Source: Gammaproteobacteria bacterium (lineage in GTDB: Bacteria > Pseudomonadota > Gammaproteobacteria > GCA-001735895). From it: a stretch of DNA of 64,000 bases. Positions 32,013-43,833 of this stretch are shown piece by piece. The stretch covers positions 9,990 to 73,989 of the forward strand of contig JANTFI010000002.1 of assembly GCA_024763505.1 (NCBI GenBank). The letters run 5' to 3'. The notes beneath the pieces were generated by a model. The model was not told the origin of the DNA and did not search any database. It was given only the letters and a program-made list of their open reading frames with translations. A program made the translations under genes and the position numbers. Within the stretch, counting starts at the first letter, position 1; the number at the start of each line of letters is the position of its first letter.

Positions 32013-32032
32013 GGACGATTAGAGCCTGCCTT

Positions 32033-33385
32033 TTAACTGTAAAACATATCGCGGAATAGACCTTCAGCCCAGGCCAGACCGGCTTGACCGGCACGCGCAT
32101 TCCATTGCTCCATCAAATGCACGCGATCGAAAGCGAAAGTTTTATCGACCTGATCATACTGGTAAAAGGCGATAATACTCATCGACTCCAGCGGGTCGAT
32201 CCGTACGCCGGAAAAGCACATGGTTTGCGGGCTGCGCCAATCGATTTCCTTGCCATTGGCATGTGCCGCAATCACTTCGGCCACATAACGCGCCTCGGAA
32301 CTCGCGGTATTGCCACTTTTAGAGAATGGTTGCGAGCGGGAATCGCCAGTGACATAGATATATTCATCATCCAGCAAGTGGTATTTGAACGGATCAATCG
32401 ACGCCTCTTTCTGCGCGCTGGCGGGATCACTCAGGCCAAAATCCTCGATGATACTGGCCGCACGCACCGGCGGGTAGATGACCGCATCATCAAAGCCGTA
32501 ACTGTCAAAATCCGTTTCGATTTCCTTGTCCTGCAGATTGACTGCGGTAATGCTGGCACTGCTTTCATATTCGATGATGTCACCATAGTATTGCGCAAAA
32601 GCCTTTTTAAATCCGTCCGCCTTGATACGAATATCCGGATTCATATCCAGCAAATGTATCTTTGCCTGGACATTGTTTTTACGGAAGATGGCGGCTGCCA
32701 TACAGGCCCGTTCATAGGGGGCAGCCATACACCGATAATTGCCCGCTGGCACCGTCATTAAAAAGGTGCCACCCTCAAACCGGTTAAGCTTGTGCTTGAT
32801 CGCCATGATTTCGGAGTGATTGCTGAAACCGGCGGGATACTGCATGCGCAGGGCATACTCCTGTTCAGGATCTTCAACCCCGATTCGTCCGTAGTCATAG
32901 TCGATGCCTGGTGCCAGAACCAGATAATCGTAACGGATACTGCCGAGCGTGGTTACCAGTGTTTTACTGTCGCGGTCCAGTTCAAGAGCGGTAGCCTGTA
33001 AAAACAGATAATCATTATTCTGCGCCGCCTCGACATAACTGTGGGTCAGAAATTCGAGATTGACTTGATCAGCCATCCAGACATTGCTGATCGGGCAAGA
33101 AACAAATTGTTCATTTTTATCCAGCAACACCACATCGAATTTCGGATTTTGTCGTTTCAGGTATTTGGCCATAGTCAGTCCGGACCAGCCCGCTCCCACT
33201 ATGACCACTCTGGGTCCTTTTTTGACTGGAATCGCTGCCGGTGCGCTGAAACGCCCGCTCGCCACTATGGTGGCAGGTTTTTTCTGAACGGAATTGTCAG
33301 CCAGCACACCCTGACCGGTTAAACCCGCTCCTCCCAGAGCGATTCCGGTTTGCAGAAATTGTCGCCGATTGATCTTGTTGGCCAT
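32033..33385 (-). CDS. fccB: Tat-exported flavocytochrome c sulfide dehydrogenase flavoprotein subunit (FccB/SoxF-like)
   Basis: RRQFL Tat motif, GAGWSG, SCPISN, YRCMAAPYER, SKSG, TMCFS. Confidence 0.75.
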   Translation of the reverse strand: MANKINRRQFLQTGIALGGAGLTGQGVLADNSVQKKPATIVASGRFSAPAAIPVKKGPRVVIVGAGWSGLTMAKYLKRQNPKFDVVLLDKNEQFVSCPISNVWMADQVNLEFLTHSYVEAAQNNDYLFLQATALELDRDSKTLVTTLGSIRYDYLVLAPGIDYDYGRIGVEDPEQEYALRMQYPAGFSNHSEIMAIKHKLNRFEGGTFLMTVPAGNYRCMAAPYERACMAAAIFRKNNVQAKIHLLDMNPDIRIKADGFKKAFAQYYGDIIEYESSASITAVNLQDKEIETDFDSYGFDDAVIYPPVRAASIIEDFGLSDPASAQKEASIDPFKYHLLDDEYIYVTGDSRSQPFSKSGNTASSEARYVAEVIAAHANGKEIDWRSPQTMCFSGVRIDPLESMSIIAFYQYDQVDKTFAFDRVHLMEQWNARAGQAGLAWAEGLFRDMFYS

Positions 33386-33395
33386 GACTCTGTCC

Positions 33396-34094
33396 CTATT
33401 TAAAATCCGGATTACGCCAGTTCAGCGAAGGTGCTTTTTTGTCTTCGGGCACCGCCAACCATGACACATAGTTGGCGATTTTTTGTAATTTATCATCCGG
33501 CACTGAATCTACAATCGCCTTCATTGCCGGATTCACCTTGCGAATCCCCTTGTGGACCAGTTCGAGCTGCCGAAGCAAATATGCATAATGTTGCCCGTAC
33601 AATCGTGGAATCGCCCCGATATTCTTGCCTTCACCCAGTGCGCCATGACAACGGGCGCATTTGTCATTATATAGTTTTTTTCCCTGCTGAAATTCTTTGC
33701 TGAGGTCACTCCAAGGTCCTTTGGCATGTCGCGGGTGCATCGGTAAGCGGGCAATATACGCGACCACATCGGCCATATCCTGATACCCCCCCATGGTGCG
33801 CTCTTGCACGAATGGATACATGGCGGGGTTTTCGCGAAATCCACTGCGGATGTCCAGTAATTGCTTGACCAACACACTCTGGTGCTGACCGGCAATCTGC
33901 GGGTAACCCCCGTCTGAATTTCCCCAGCCTTCCGGCAAGTGGCACGTGGCACAGATTTCATACACCCGCTTGCCATTTTTCAGGTCAGGCTGAAAACTGA
34001 GGTGAATATCCACCGGCTTCTCTACCGCCTGTAAAGGTGTAGAAATGGTGAAAAAAAACAGCAGTAATATTCGTTGTAATATTTTTACAGTCAT
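33396..34094 (-). CDS. dihaem c4-type cytochrome c, probable FccA-like partner
   Basis: Signal peptide, CATCH and CARCH, NPAM Met ligands; 10 nt upstream of the flavoprotein gene. Confidence 0.85.
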   Translation of the reverse strand: MTVKILQRILLLFFFTISTPLQAVEKPVDIHLSFQPDLKNGKRVYEICATCHLPEGWGNSDGGYPQIAGQHQSVLVKQLLDIRSGFRENPAMYPFVQERTMGGYQDMADVVAYIARLPMHPRHAKGPWSDLSKEFQQGKKLYNDKCARCHGALGEGKNIGAIPRLYGQHYAYLLRQLELVHKGIRKVNPAMKAIVDSVPDDKLQKIANYVSWLAVPEDKKAPSLNWRNPDFK

Positions 34095-34276
34095 TTTATT
34101 CCCATTGGTTTCCAGGCGCCTGAGATCAAGCCGTTGTGCAAATGGAATTTGCCATAAAGTGGATTGTTTTTGTTATAAGCTTTTTCATTTTAGAGGGAAA
34201 AAGAGAAAGGGTGAACGATCTGGGTCAATTTCGACGCTTTTTCCTGTTGTGAGCGTCAAATACAATGTGTTGACCC

Positions 34277-34312
34277 AAAAAAAACCCCGCTACTTACAGC
34301 AGCGGGGTTTTT
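34277..34312 (-). terminator. Rho-independent terminator of groESL
   Basis: A8-CCCCGCT..AGCGGGG-T5. Confidence 0.88.
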
Positions 34313-34360
34313 ACAGATAGCCAGTAGGCTATCGGGCTTTTAGCCGGGTTACAGGCGGGT

Positions 34361-36324
<1,964 letters not shown>

Positions 36325-36382
36325 TGTTTGGATTCTCCTAATGATTTAATCGATTGGTTAAACAAGCCTGCCATGCAGGCAA

Positions 36383-36409
36383 TTAGCACTCTGGCTTTGC
36401 GAGTGCTAA
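36383..36409. promoter_or_regulatory. CIRCE element (HrcA operator)
   Basis: Perfect TTAGCACTC-N9-GAGTGCTAA upstream of groES. Confidence 0.97.
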
Positions 36410-36436
36410 TCATAGCCCGCAAAGCGGCATAGTCAA
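36409..36436 (-). promoter_or_regulatory. sigma70-type promoter of groES abutting CIRCE
   Basis: Minus strand TTGACT-N16-TATGAT. Confidence 0.65.
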
Positions 36437-36439
36437 GCA

Positions 36440-36467
36440 ATATGGGGAGGGGGTTCAGGCTTTCAAG
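36440..36467 (-). promoter_or_regulatory. sigma32 promoter of groESL
   Basis: Minus strand CTTGAAA-N13-CCCCATAT. Confidence 0.9.
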
Positions 36468-36509
36468 GGGCGCAGAAAAAAAAATTCAAATCTATGCAGA
36501 TCCGAAGAC

Positions 36510-36980
36510 TTACTGCTCATCATCGCGCTGGTATTTCACGCCTTCGATGGTGCGCCCGGAGCGGGATGAGGAAGATGTCGACTGTTGCGGATCACAGTAG
36601 CCGCTGTGCATATTGAATCGCCCTGAGCGGATCAGCCGGGTCGTAAGAGCGCGAATCATCAACTTACGAGTCGGTGGAATCAGCAGCAAAAAACCGAAGG
36701 CATCAGTAAAAAACCCCGGGGTCAGCAGAAAGGCACCGGCAATCACTAACGCAAAGCCTTCGAGCATTTCCTCAGCCGGCAATTCTCCGGTCGACAGCTT
36801 TTGTTGGGCGCGCATCAAGGTCGACAAACCCTGTTGCTTGAGTAACTGAATGCCGATGACTGCGGTCAACACCACGAAAAAAACAGTCCACAATGCGCCA
36901 ATCACTTGCCCGACCTGAATCAGGATGTAAATTTCCAGCAAGGGCACAATTAGGAAGATCAAAGCAAGTACTGGAAACAT
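36510..36980 (-). CDS. fxsA: FxsA family membrane protein
   Basis: PLLEIYILIQVG, LLTPGFFTD; upstream of groES. Confidence 0.95.
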   Translation of the reverse strand: MFPVLALIFLIVPLLEIYILIQVGQVIGALWTVFFVVLTAVIGIQLLKQQGLSTLMRAQQKLSTGELPAEEMLEGFALVIAGAFLLTPGFFTDAFGFLLLIPPTRKLMIRALTTRLIRSGRFNMHSGYCDPQQSTSSSSRSGRTIEGVKYQRDDEQ

Positions 36981-37047
36981 GATGTCCTCGGGACTAGAAT
37001 ACGCGCTGGCCGAAACAGACGGCAGGTTGGTGTGAGATTCAGTTACT

Positions 37048-37075
37048 ATATGGGCTGATCACGCAAAACTTCAAG
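37048..37075 (-). promoter_or_regulatory. sigma32 promoter of fxsA
   Basis: Minus strand CTTGAAG-N13-GCCCATAT. Confidence 0.7.
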
Positions 37076-37114
37076 GCATTTTTCAATAACACGCTCAGCG
37101 CACCGGAGAAATTT

Positions 37115-37432
37115 TTGTCGCAAGTCATTGTAATGCTCACCACCTGGCCCGATGAAAGCGGTGCCAGAGCGGCTGCTGAAAGCTGGGTGAATAAAAAACT
37201 CGCCGCTTGCGTCAACATTTTACCGCCAATGCTGTCTATCTATCATTGGGATGGTGAATTGAATCATGGCCATGAACATCAACTGATCATCAAAACGACC
37301 CGCAATCAGTGTGATGCGCTCAAACAAATGATTCAACAGACGCATCCCTACGAATGCCCGGAGATACTGCAACTACCGGTCGAAGGCGGGCACCCACCCT
37401 ATTTGAACTGGATTACAGGATACACTCAATGA
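37115..37432 (+). CDS. cutA: divalent-cation tolerance protein CutA
   Basis: LAACVNI, SIYHWDG, HPYECPE. Confidence 0.95.
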   Translation: MSQVIVMLTTWPDESGARAAAESWVNKKLAACVNILPPMLSIYHWDGELNHGHEHQLIIKTTRNQCDALKQMIQQTHPYECPEILQLPVEGGHPPYLNWITGYTQ

Positions 37433-39969
37433 AATTCTGCAAAGCGATATTACTGTTATTCTTACTGGCTGTTGGCGGCGCACAGGCGCAACAGGATGAA
37501 CTGCTCCCTCCTGAACAGGCATTCCGACTGAGCGGCCAGATAAATGGCGACAGCATCGTTGCCGATTTCAATATCGCGCCCGGCTACTATATGTATCGAA
37601 AATCTTTCAAATTCGATGCCGAAACCGATGGAGTTACGCTGGATGAACCGATCATCCCGCCGGGCCACAAAAAATCCGATGAATTCTTCGGTGAAGTTGA
37701 AGTCTACCGTGATCAGGTTTCGATCGAGATTCCGCTTCGCTATGGTGCTGGCCAGCGACCTGCGAGCGTACGCATCAAAACTGTCGGTCAAGGTTGCGCC
37801 GATATTGGCGTGTGCTACCCGCCACTGTTTGAGACGCTGAATCTGGATCCCGCAAACCCCGGTCCGGTGGCGGCAATTCCATATCGCGCCCCTGCCGTCA
37901 AGGCCGCGCCGGCACCAGTGCAAATGGCCGCCAATACGGTTGACCAGGGGCTCAATGAATTACAAAGCCTGCTTTCGGCAGCCACCGATACGCTGTCCAC
38001 AGAGACATCGGCACCCCCTGCCACTGAACAAAACAGCAATAACAATTCCGGGGAAGACCCGCTGGCCCTGCTGCAGGCGCTTGGTAGTGATATCGGGCTG
38101 GAAGAAGACGATGAAATTCCCGCGCCGGATACCGCATTTCAGTTGCGTACACGCGTAGATAGCAACAATGTGGTCAGCGCAGACATCAAGATTTACAAGC
38201 ACACCTATCTGTATCAAGACAAGTTCAAGGTCGATTTGATTCAGGGAGACGGCATCCAGCTTGGGCCTATTCAATTGCCCGATGGTGATCTGAAAAACGA
38301 TGAATTCTTCGGTGAAATGATCGTGTATCACGACCAGATCAGTGTTCCCATCCCTTTGCAATTGCAGCCCGGCGCCAGCCAGCAAGCCGTTCTTTCTTTC
38401 GGTTATCAGGGCTGTGTTGAAGATAAAATCTGCTATCCACCGATCACCAAATACCTGAGTGTCGATCTGGCGAAAAAAACCGTCACCGTGTCGGAGCAAC
38501 GCCCGCAAGGTGCGCAAAGCCCGAAAGCGAAACCCTCATCATCCGGTACTAGCCAACAGCCTGCAACCACAGCGCCAGAGCAAACCCTGCCCGCCGGCGC
38601 TTCCGCCCCGCTGGGCCAGACCGAGCAGGATGAATTTACCAACATCATCGCCGGTGGCAGCCTGATCCTGATTATCGGCTCTTTCTTTCTGGCCGGTGTG
38701 TTGCTGACCTTTACCCCCTGCGTATTTCCGATGATTCCGATCCTGTCCGGCATCATCGCCGGTCAGGGTGAAGACTTGAATACCCGCAAAGCCTTTTCGC
38801 TATCGCTGGTATATGTCCTTGCGATGGCCATCACCTATGCCATCGCCGGTTCACTGGTCGGCTATTTCGGCGCTGAATTCAATATCCAGGCGTGGTTCCA
38901 GGATCCGTGGATACTGAGCTTTTTCGCCGGTGTTTTCGTTTTGCTGGCGCTTTCGATGTTCGGCTTTTACGACTTGCAAATGCCCTCGTTCATCCAGAGC
39001 CGTCTTACTGAATTCAGTAACAAGCAACGCGGCGGCAATTTGATTGGGGTCGGCATCATGGGTATGTTATCCGCCCTGATCGTCGGCCCCTGTATCACCG
39101 CTCCGCTGGTCGGCGCGCTGGTATTCATTTCGCAAACCCAGGATGTCGTACTCGGAGGGCTGGCATTATTCGCACTCGGACTCGGCATGGGCCTGCCGTT
39201 ATTGCTGATCGGCACCAGTGCGGGTAAATACCTGCCACGCGCGGGCACCTGGATGGATACCGTCAAGGCTTTCTTCGGCGTCGCGCTGATCGCGGTTGCC
39301 ATCTGGCTGCTCGAGCGCATTCTGCCCACCGCTTTCACCATGCTGTTCATGTCGATGCTGATCATCGTCTCCGCGATTTACATGGGGGCGCTCGAAGCCA
39401 TCCCGCAAGGTAGTAGTGGCTGGAAGAAACTGTGGAAAGGCCTCGGCATTATCCTGCTGGCATATGGCCTGTTTTACCTGTATGGCGTAGCAGCCGGCAG
39501 CAAAGACTTGATCCAGCCATTGAAAGGTCTCGGCGGAGGCAGCCCGGTCGTGTACAGCGCTTTGCCCGGTGGCAGCGCGGCGATGCCGATGAAGACGCAT
39601 GTCGAATTTACCCGCATCAAGGGGCAGGAAGGCTTGCAAAAAGCACTGGCCGAAGCCTCGGCTCAGGGCAAACCGGTGATGCTCGACTTTTATGCCGACT
39701 GGTGTATCTCTTGCAAGGAAATGGAAAAATACGCTTTCAAGCATCCGGCTGTTCTGGCAGCTCTGGAAGATTATGTCACCATTCAGGCCGATGTTACGGC
39801 GAACGACAAAACCGACCAGCTTTTGATGAAATCGCTGGGCATCTATGGCCCGCCAGCCATCATTTTTTATGACCGAACAGGTAAAGAAGTCAAGGGCAGC
39901 CGGGTCGTCGGTGAAATGAGTGGAGAAGAATTCGCCGCCCATATCGTCAAATTCGCACATCTGAAATAA
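37429..39969 (+). CDS. dsbD: thiol:disulfide interchange protein DsbD with two N-terminal domains
   Basis: QGCADIGVCYPP and QGCVEDKICYPP, FTPCVFPM, GPCITAPL, WCISC; ATGA overlap with cutA. Confidence 0.95.
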   Translation: MKFCKAILLLFLLAVGGAQAQQDELLPPEQAFRLSGQINGDSIVADFNIAPGYYMYRKSFKFDAETDGVTLDEPIIPPGHKKSDEFFGEVEVYRDQVSIEIPLRYGAGQRPASVRIKTVGQGCADIGVCYPPLFETLNLDPANPGPVAAIPYRAPAVKAAPAPVQMAANTVDQGLNELQSLLSAATDTLSTETSAPPATEQNSNNNSGEDPLALLQALGSDIGLEEDDEIPAPDTAFQLRTRVDSNNVVSADIKIYKHTYLYQDKFKVDLIQGDGIQLGPIQLPDGDLKNDEFFGEMIVYHDQISVPIPLQLQPGASQQAVLSFGYQGCVEDKICYPPITKYLSVDLAKKTVTVSEQRPQGAQSPKAKPSSSGTSQQPATTAPEQTLPAGASAPLGQTEQDEFTNIIAGGSLILIIGSFFLAGVLLTFTPCVFPMIPILSGIIAGQGEDLNTRKAFSLSLVYVLAMAITYAIAGSLVGYFGAEFNIQAWFQDPWILSFFAGVFVLLALSMFGFYDLQMPSFIQSRLTEFSNKQRGGNLIGVGIMGMLSALIVGPCITAPLVGALVFISQTQDVVLGGLALFALGLGMGLPLLLIGTSAGKYLPRAGTWMDTVKAFFGVALIAVAIWLLERILPTAFTMLFMSMLIIVSAIYMGALEAIPQGSSGWKKLWKGLGIILLAYGLFYLYGVAAGSKDLIQPLKGLGGGSPVVYSALPGGSAAMPMKTHVEFTRIKGQEGLQKALAEASAQGKPVMLDFYADWCISCKEMEKYAFKHPAVLAALEDYVTIQADVTANDKTDQLLMKSLGIYGPPAIIFYDRTGKEVKGSRVVGEMSGEEFAAHIVKFAHLK

Positions 39970-39977
39970 GACCGGCG

Positions 39978-40535
39978 ATGAATCGGCAAACCCTGCTGGT
40001 GCTGACTTTCAGCACACTGGCCGCGCTGGGCGGCCTGTTTGTCTATCTCTGGCAAAATCCGTCGCCGAAATTTATCAGCGCCAAACCGACATCCAGCAGT
40101 CAGGCAACAACCCCATGGCGTTTTGAAGATATCGTACTGAAAGATGTCCGCTACCAGCCTCGGCACCTAAGCGAATGGAAACAACCTTTGTTGATGATCA
40201 ACCTGTGGGCGCCGTGGTGTGCACCGTGTCGCCGTGAAGTACCCGCCCTGATCCAGTTACAGAGAGACAATGCAAAAAATCTGCAGATCATCGGGCTGTC
40301 ATTTGACGCAGTCGAAAACGTGGTCAAATTCCAGATGGATTACCAAATAAATTACCCGCTATTACTGGTGCAGTCCGAAGCAAAGCAGCTGAATCAATTC
40401 TTTGGCAACAGCAGTTCGGGCTTACCCTTTACCGCCATTCTGAACCAAAATCGGAACATCGTGTACCGCCATAGCGGCGAAGTCACCCAGCCGCAACTGC
40501 AACAGGAAATCGATCGACTGCTGGCCAGCGAATAA
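39978..40535 (+). CDS. TlpA-family membrane-anchored thioredoxin
   Basis: NLWAPWCAPCRREVP, GLPFT. Confidence 0.9.
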   Translation: MNRQTLLVLTFSTLAALGGLFVYLWQNPSPKFISAKPTSSSQATTPWRFEDIVLKDVRYQPRHLSEWKQPLLMINLWAPWCAPCRREVPALIQLQRDNAKNLQIIGLSFDAVENVVKFQMDYQINYPLLLVQSEAKQLNQFFGNSSSGLPFTAILNQNRNIVYRHSGEVTQPQLQQEIDRLLASE

Positions 40536-40628
40536 AAATCTTGCATCGAACATCGTGAAACTGGACACGATCTTGCTGCTATGTGACAATTAACAGCTTT
40601 AGAATCCACCCTGACACCGACACCCGAC

Positions 40629-41069
40629 ATGCCCGACATTCTGGTCATCCACGGCCCTAATCTGAACCTGCTGGGACAGCGCGAACCCGGACTCTATGGC
40701 CAGGATACTCTCGACACCATCAACCGCGAACTGGCTGATCTGGCGCGGGATAATGCAGTGCAATTAACCCATTTCCAGTCCAATCACGAAGGCGCAATTG
40801 TTGACCGCATTCATCAGGCACGTGAGCAGGGTTGCGATTTCATCATTATCAACCCCGCCGCATTCACCCATACCAGTATTGCGATCCGGGATGCTTTTCT
40901 CGGCTGTAAACTTCCGTTTATCGAGGTGCATTTGTCCAATGTTCATGCACGGGAAGATTACAGACAGCATTCGTATTTATCCGATATCGCCATCGGGGTC
41001 ATCAGCGGGCTGGGAAAAGACAGCTATCTACTGGCATTGCACGCGGCCATTGCGCGTTGCGTGGATTGA
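40629..41069 (+). CDS. aroQ: type II 3-dehydroquinate dehydratase
   Basis: [29 protein letters not shown]. Confidence 0.97.
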   Translation: MPDILVIHGPNLNLLGQREPGLYGQDTLDTINRELADLARDNAVQLTHFQSNHEGAIVDRIHQAREQGCDFIIINPAAFTHTSIAIRDAFLGCKLPFIEVHLSNVHAREDYRQHSYLSDIAIGVISGLGKDSYLLALHAAIARCVD

Positions 41070-41101
41070 AAAACGTCCAAACAAAAATTACAGAGAATTC
41101 C

Positions 41102-41548
41102 ATGGATATACGCAAAGTTAAAAAATTGATCGAACTGCTGGAAGAATCCGGCATTGCAGAACTCGAAATCAAAGAAGGCGAAGAATCGGTGCGCATCAGT
41201 CGCCATTCAACCGTTGCGCCGCAAGTGCAGATGAGCAGCCCCGCGCCGCTGGCAGCCGCACCGGTTGCTGCGGCAGAAGCGGTACCTGCGGCAGAGTCCG
41301 CAGCAGTTGCCAGTGGCCACGAAGTGCGCTCGCCCATGGTCGGCACATTTTACGCGGCACCATCTCCTACAGCGGGTCCCTTTGTCACAGTCGGCCAAAA
41401 AGTCAATGTCGGGGATACCCTGTGCATCATTGAAGCGATGAAAATGATGAACCAGATCGAAGCCGACCGGGCCGGCACGATCAAGCAAATTCTGGTAGAG
41501 AATGGCCAGCCGGTCGAATTTGACCAGGTTTTGTTTATCATCGAATAG
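41102..41548 (+). CDS. accB: biotin carboxyl carrier protein
   Basis: [19 protein letters not shown]. Confidence 0.97.
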   Translation: MDIRKVKKLIELLEESGIAELEIKEGEESVRISRHSTVAPQVQMSSPAPLAAAPVAAAEAVPAAESAAVASGHEVRSPMVGTFYAAPSPTAGPFVTVGQKVNVGDTLCIIEAMKMMNQIEADRAGTIKQILVENGQPVEFDQVLFIIE

Positions 41549-41560
41549 AGGCCGCCTGCT

Positions 41561-42904
41561 ATGCTGGAAAAAGTTGTTATCGCCAATCGTGGCGAAATTG
41601 CCTTGCGTATCTTGCGAGCCTGCCGAGAAATGGGCATCAAGACCGTCGCCGTGCATTCCACTGCCGACCGCGATCTCAAACATGTGCGGCTGGCGGATGA
41701 ATCCGTCTGCATCGGCCCGCCATCCTCGATGGACAGTTACCTCAACATCCCGCAGATCATTTGTGCCGCCGAAGTCACCAATGCTTCGGCGATACACCCG
41801 GGCTATGGATTTCTATCGGAAAATGCCGAATTTGCCGAACAGGTCGAATCCAGCGGTTTCAAATTCATCGGCCCCAGTGCCCACTCGATTCGCACCATGG
41901 GAGACAAGGTCGCCGCAATCAAGGCCATGAAAAAAGCCAATGTGCCCACCGTACCTGGTTCGGATGGCCCATTGGGCAATGATCCGGAGCGCAATCTGGA
42001 AATGGCCCGCGAAATCGGCTACCCGGTCATCATCAAGGCAGCCGGTGGTGGTGGCGGACGCGGAATGCGCGTAGTCAACGCCGAAGGCAGCCTGTTGAAC
42101 TCAATTCAATTGACCAAAACCGAAGCCGGTGCAGCCTTCAATAACGATGTGGTTTACATGGAAAAATTTCTGGAAAACCCGCGTCATATCGAAATCCAGG
42201 TACTTTCCGATGCGCATGGCAATGCCATCCACCTCGCCGAACGAGACTGTTCGATGCAACGCAAACACCAGAAAGTTGTCGAAGAAGCGCCGGCACCCGG
42301 CATCACCGAAGAACAGCGCGCGTTTATCGGCGAGCGTTGCGCACAAGCCTGCGTCGACCTCGGTTACGAAGGCGCCGGCACCTTCGAATTTCTGTATGAA
42401 AATGGTGAATTTTATTTCATCGAAATGAATACCCGAGTGCAGGTGGAACACCCGGTCACGGAAATGATCACCGATGTCGATATTATCCGCGAACAGCTTT
42501 CGATTGCCGCTGGCAGCGTGTTGAAATACAAGCAGGAAGACATCATCGTACGAGGCCATGCCATCGAATGCCGTCTGAATGCCGAGGATGCCAAAACCTT
42601 CATGCCTTCCCCCGGCAAAATCACCATGTTTCATGCACCCGGCGGTCCCGGTGTGCGCGTCGATACCCACATTTACAATGGCTATGTGGTGCCACCCTAC
42701 TACGATTCGATGATTGGCAAACTGATCACCTACAGCGATACTCGCGAATCCGCCATCGCCCGCATGCAGGGTGCCTTGTCGGAAATCATCATCGATGGCA
42801 TCAAAACCAATATCGACCTGCAGCGGGACATCATCAGTGATGGCAACTTCGCCGCCGGTGGCACGAATATCCATTATCTGGAAAAGAAACTCGGCATTCA
42901 CTAA
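41561..42904 (+). CDS. accC: biotin carboxylase
   Basis: [24 protein letters not shown]. Confidence 0.98.
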   Translation: MLEKVVIANRGEIALRILRACREMGIKTVAVHSTADRDLKHVRLADESVCIGPPSSMDSYLNIPQIICAAEVTNASAIHPGYGFLSENAEFAEQVESSGFKFIGPSAHSIRTMGDKVAAIKAMKKANVPTVPGSDGPLGNDPERNLEMAREIGYPVIIKAAGGGGGRGMRVVNAEGSLLNSIQLTKTEAGAAFNNDVVYMEKFLENPRHIEIQVLSDAHGNAIHLAERDCSMQRKHQKVVEEAPAPGITEEQRAFIGERCAQACVDLGYEGAGTFEFLYENGEFYFIEMNTRVQVEHPVTEMITDVDIIREQLSIAAGSVLKYKQEDIIVRGHAIECRLNAEDAKTFMPSPGKITMFHAPGGPGVRVDTHIYNGYVVPPYYDSMIGKLITYSDTRESAIARMQGALSEIIIDGIKTNIDLQRDIISDGNFAAGGTNIHYLEKKLGIH

Positions 42905-42945
42905 GTGGCTGCCTGTCGTAAATTATCGCAACCGGTCCTGCACTG

Positions 42946-43833
42946 ATGTCGTGGTGGCAACTGACCCTCGAGTGTACCCCGGCCGAAATCGAAGCCACTG
43001 AAGATATTCTGCTGGAACTGGGCGCACTCAGCCTGACGCTTGGCGATGCACATGATGAACCGATCTATGAACCGCCCCCTGGCGAAACGCCGTTCTGGTC
43101 CACCACCACATTGACCGGCCTGTTCGAACAAACCCGAAATATAGAAGATTTATACGATGATCTGGTGCGCCGATTGCCGGCCCATCAAATCGCCAGCATC
43201 CGCAAACAGCAACTCGAAAACCAACATTGGGAACGCGCCTTTCTCGACCAGTTTCAACCGATTGCTTTCGGCAATAGCCTGTGGATTTGTCCCAGCTGGC
43301 ACCAACCCCCTGACCCCACTGCCTGCAATATCATTCTCGACCCCGGCATCGCCTTTGGCACCGGCACGCATCCCACCACCGCACTGTGCCTGCAATTTCT
43401 GGCACAACATCCACCGCTCGGACAAAGCGTGCTCGATTTCGGCTGTGGCTCGGGCATACTCGCCATCGCCGCCTTCAAGCTCGGGGCAAGCTCGGTTCGC
43501 TGCACCGACATAGATCCACAGGCGCTGCTTGCGACCGAAGAAAATGCAAGACGCAATGCCATCGACCCCGCCGACCTGCACATCACCCTGCCCGAAGCCA
43601 TGCAAACCGAAGCGGTGGATTACCTGCTCGCCAATATTCTGTCCGGGCCGCTGGTCGAACTCGAGCCGCAACTGGCTGCATTGACAAAGCCGGGTGGACA
43701 ACTGGTATTATCCGGCATTCTGCCGCAACAGGCCGAGTCTGTAGTGCAAGCCTATGCTCGCGATTTTGATCTGGATGCGGTCACCGAAGAAGACGGCTGG
43801 TGCCGCATTAGCGGTAAGCGCAAACACAGTTGA
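42946..43833 (+). CDS. prmA: ribosomal protein L11 methyltransferase
   Basis: DPGIAFGTGTHPTT, DFGCGSG, ANIL. Confidence 0.97.
   Translation: MSWWQLTLECTPAEIEATEDILLELGALSLTLGDAHDEPIYEPPPGETPFWSTTTLTGLFEQTRNIEDLYDDLVRRLPAHQIASIRKQQLENQHWERAFLDQFQPIAFGNSLWICPSWHQPPDPTACNIILDPGIAFGTGTHPTTALCLQFLAQHPPLGQSVLDFGCGSGILAIAAFKLGASSVRCTDIDPQALLATEENARRNAIDPADLHITLPEAMQTEAVDYLLANILSGPLVELEPQLAALTKPGGQLVLSGILPQQAESVVQAYARDFDLDAVTEEDGWCRISGKRKHS

Noticed and set aside
31786-32100. Minus-strand ORF with a Pro-X repeat (PTPSPVPSPTP)
   Set aside because: It crosses a terminator and overlaps two genes; the repeat is better explained as the in-frame continuation of the RND tail.
34134-34156. sigma54 promoter for the fcc-like operon (TGGC..TTGC on the minus strand)
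   Set aside because: GG to GC spacing is 12 nt rather than the required 10.
40610-40640. CCGACA-like short repeats at the aroQ start
   Set aside because: Short, irregular and partly coding; no evidence of function.
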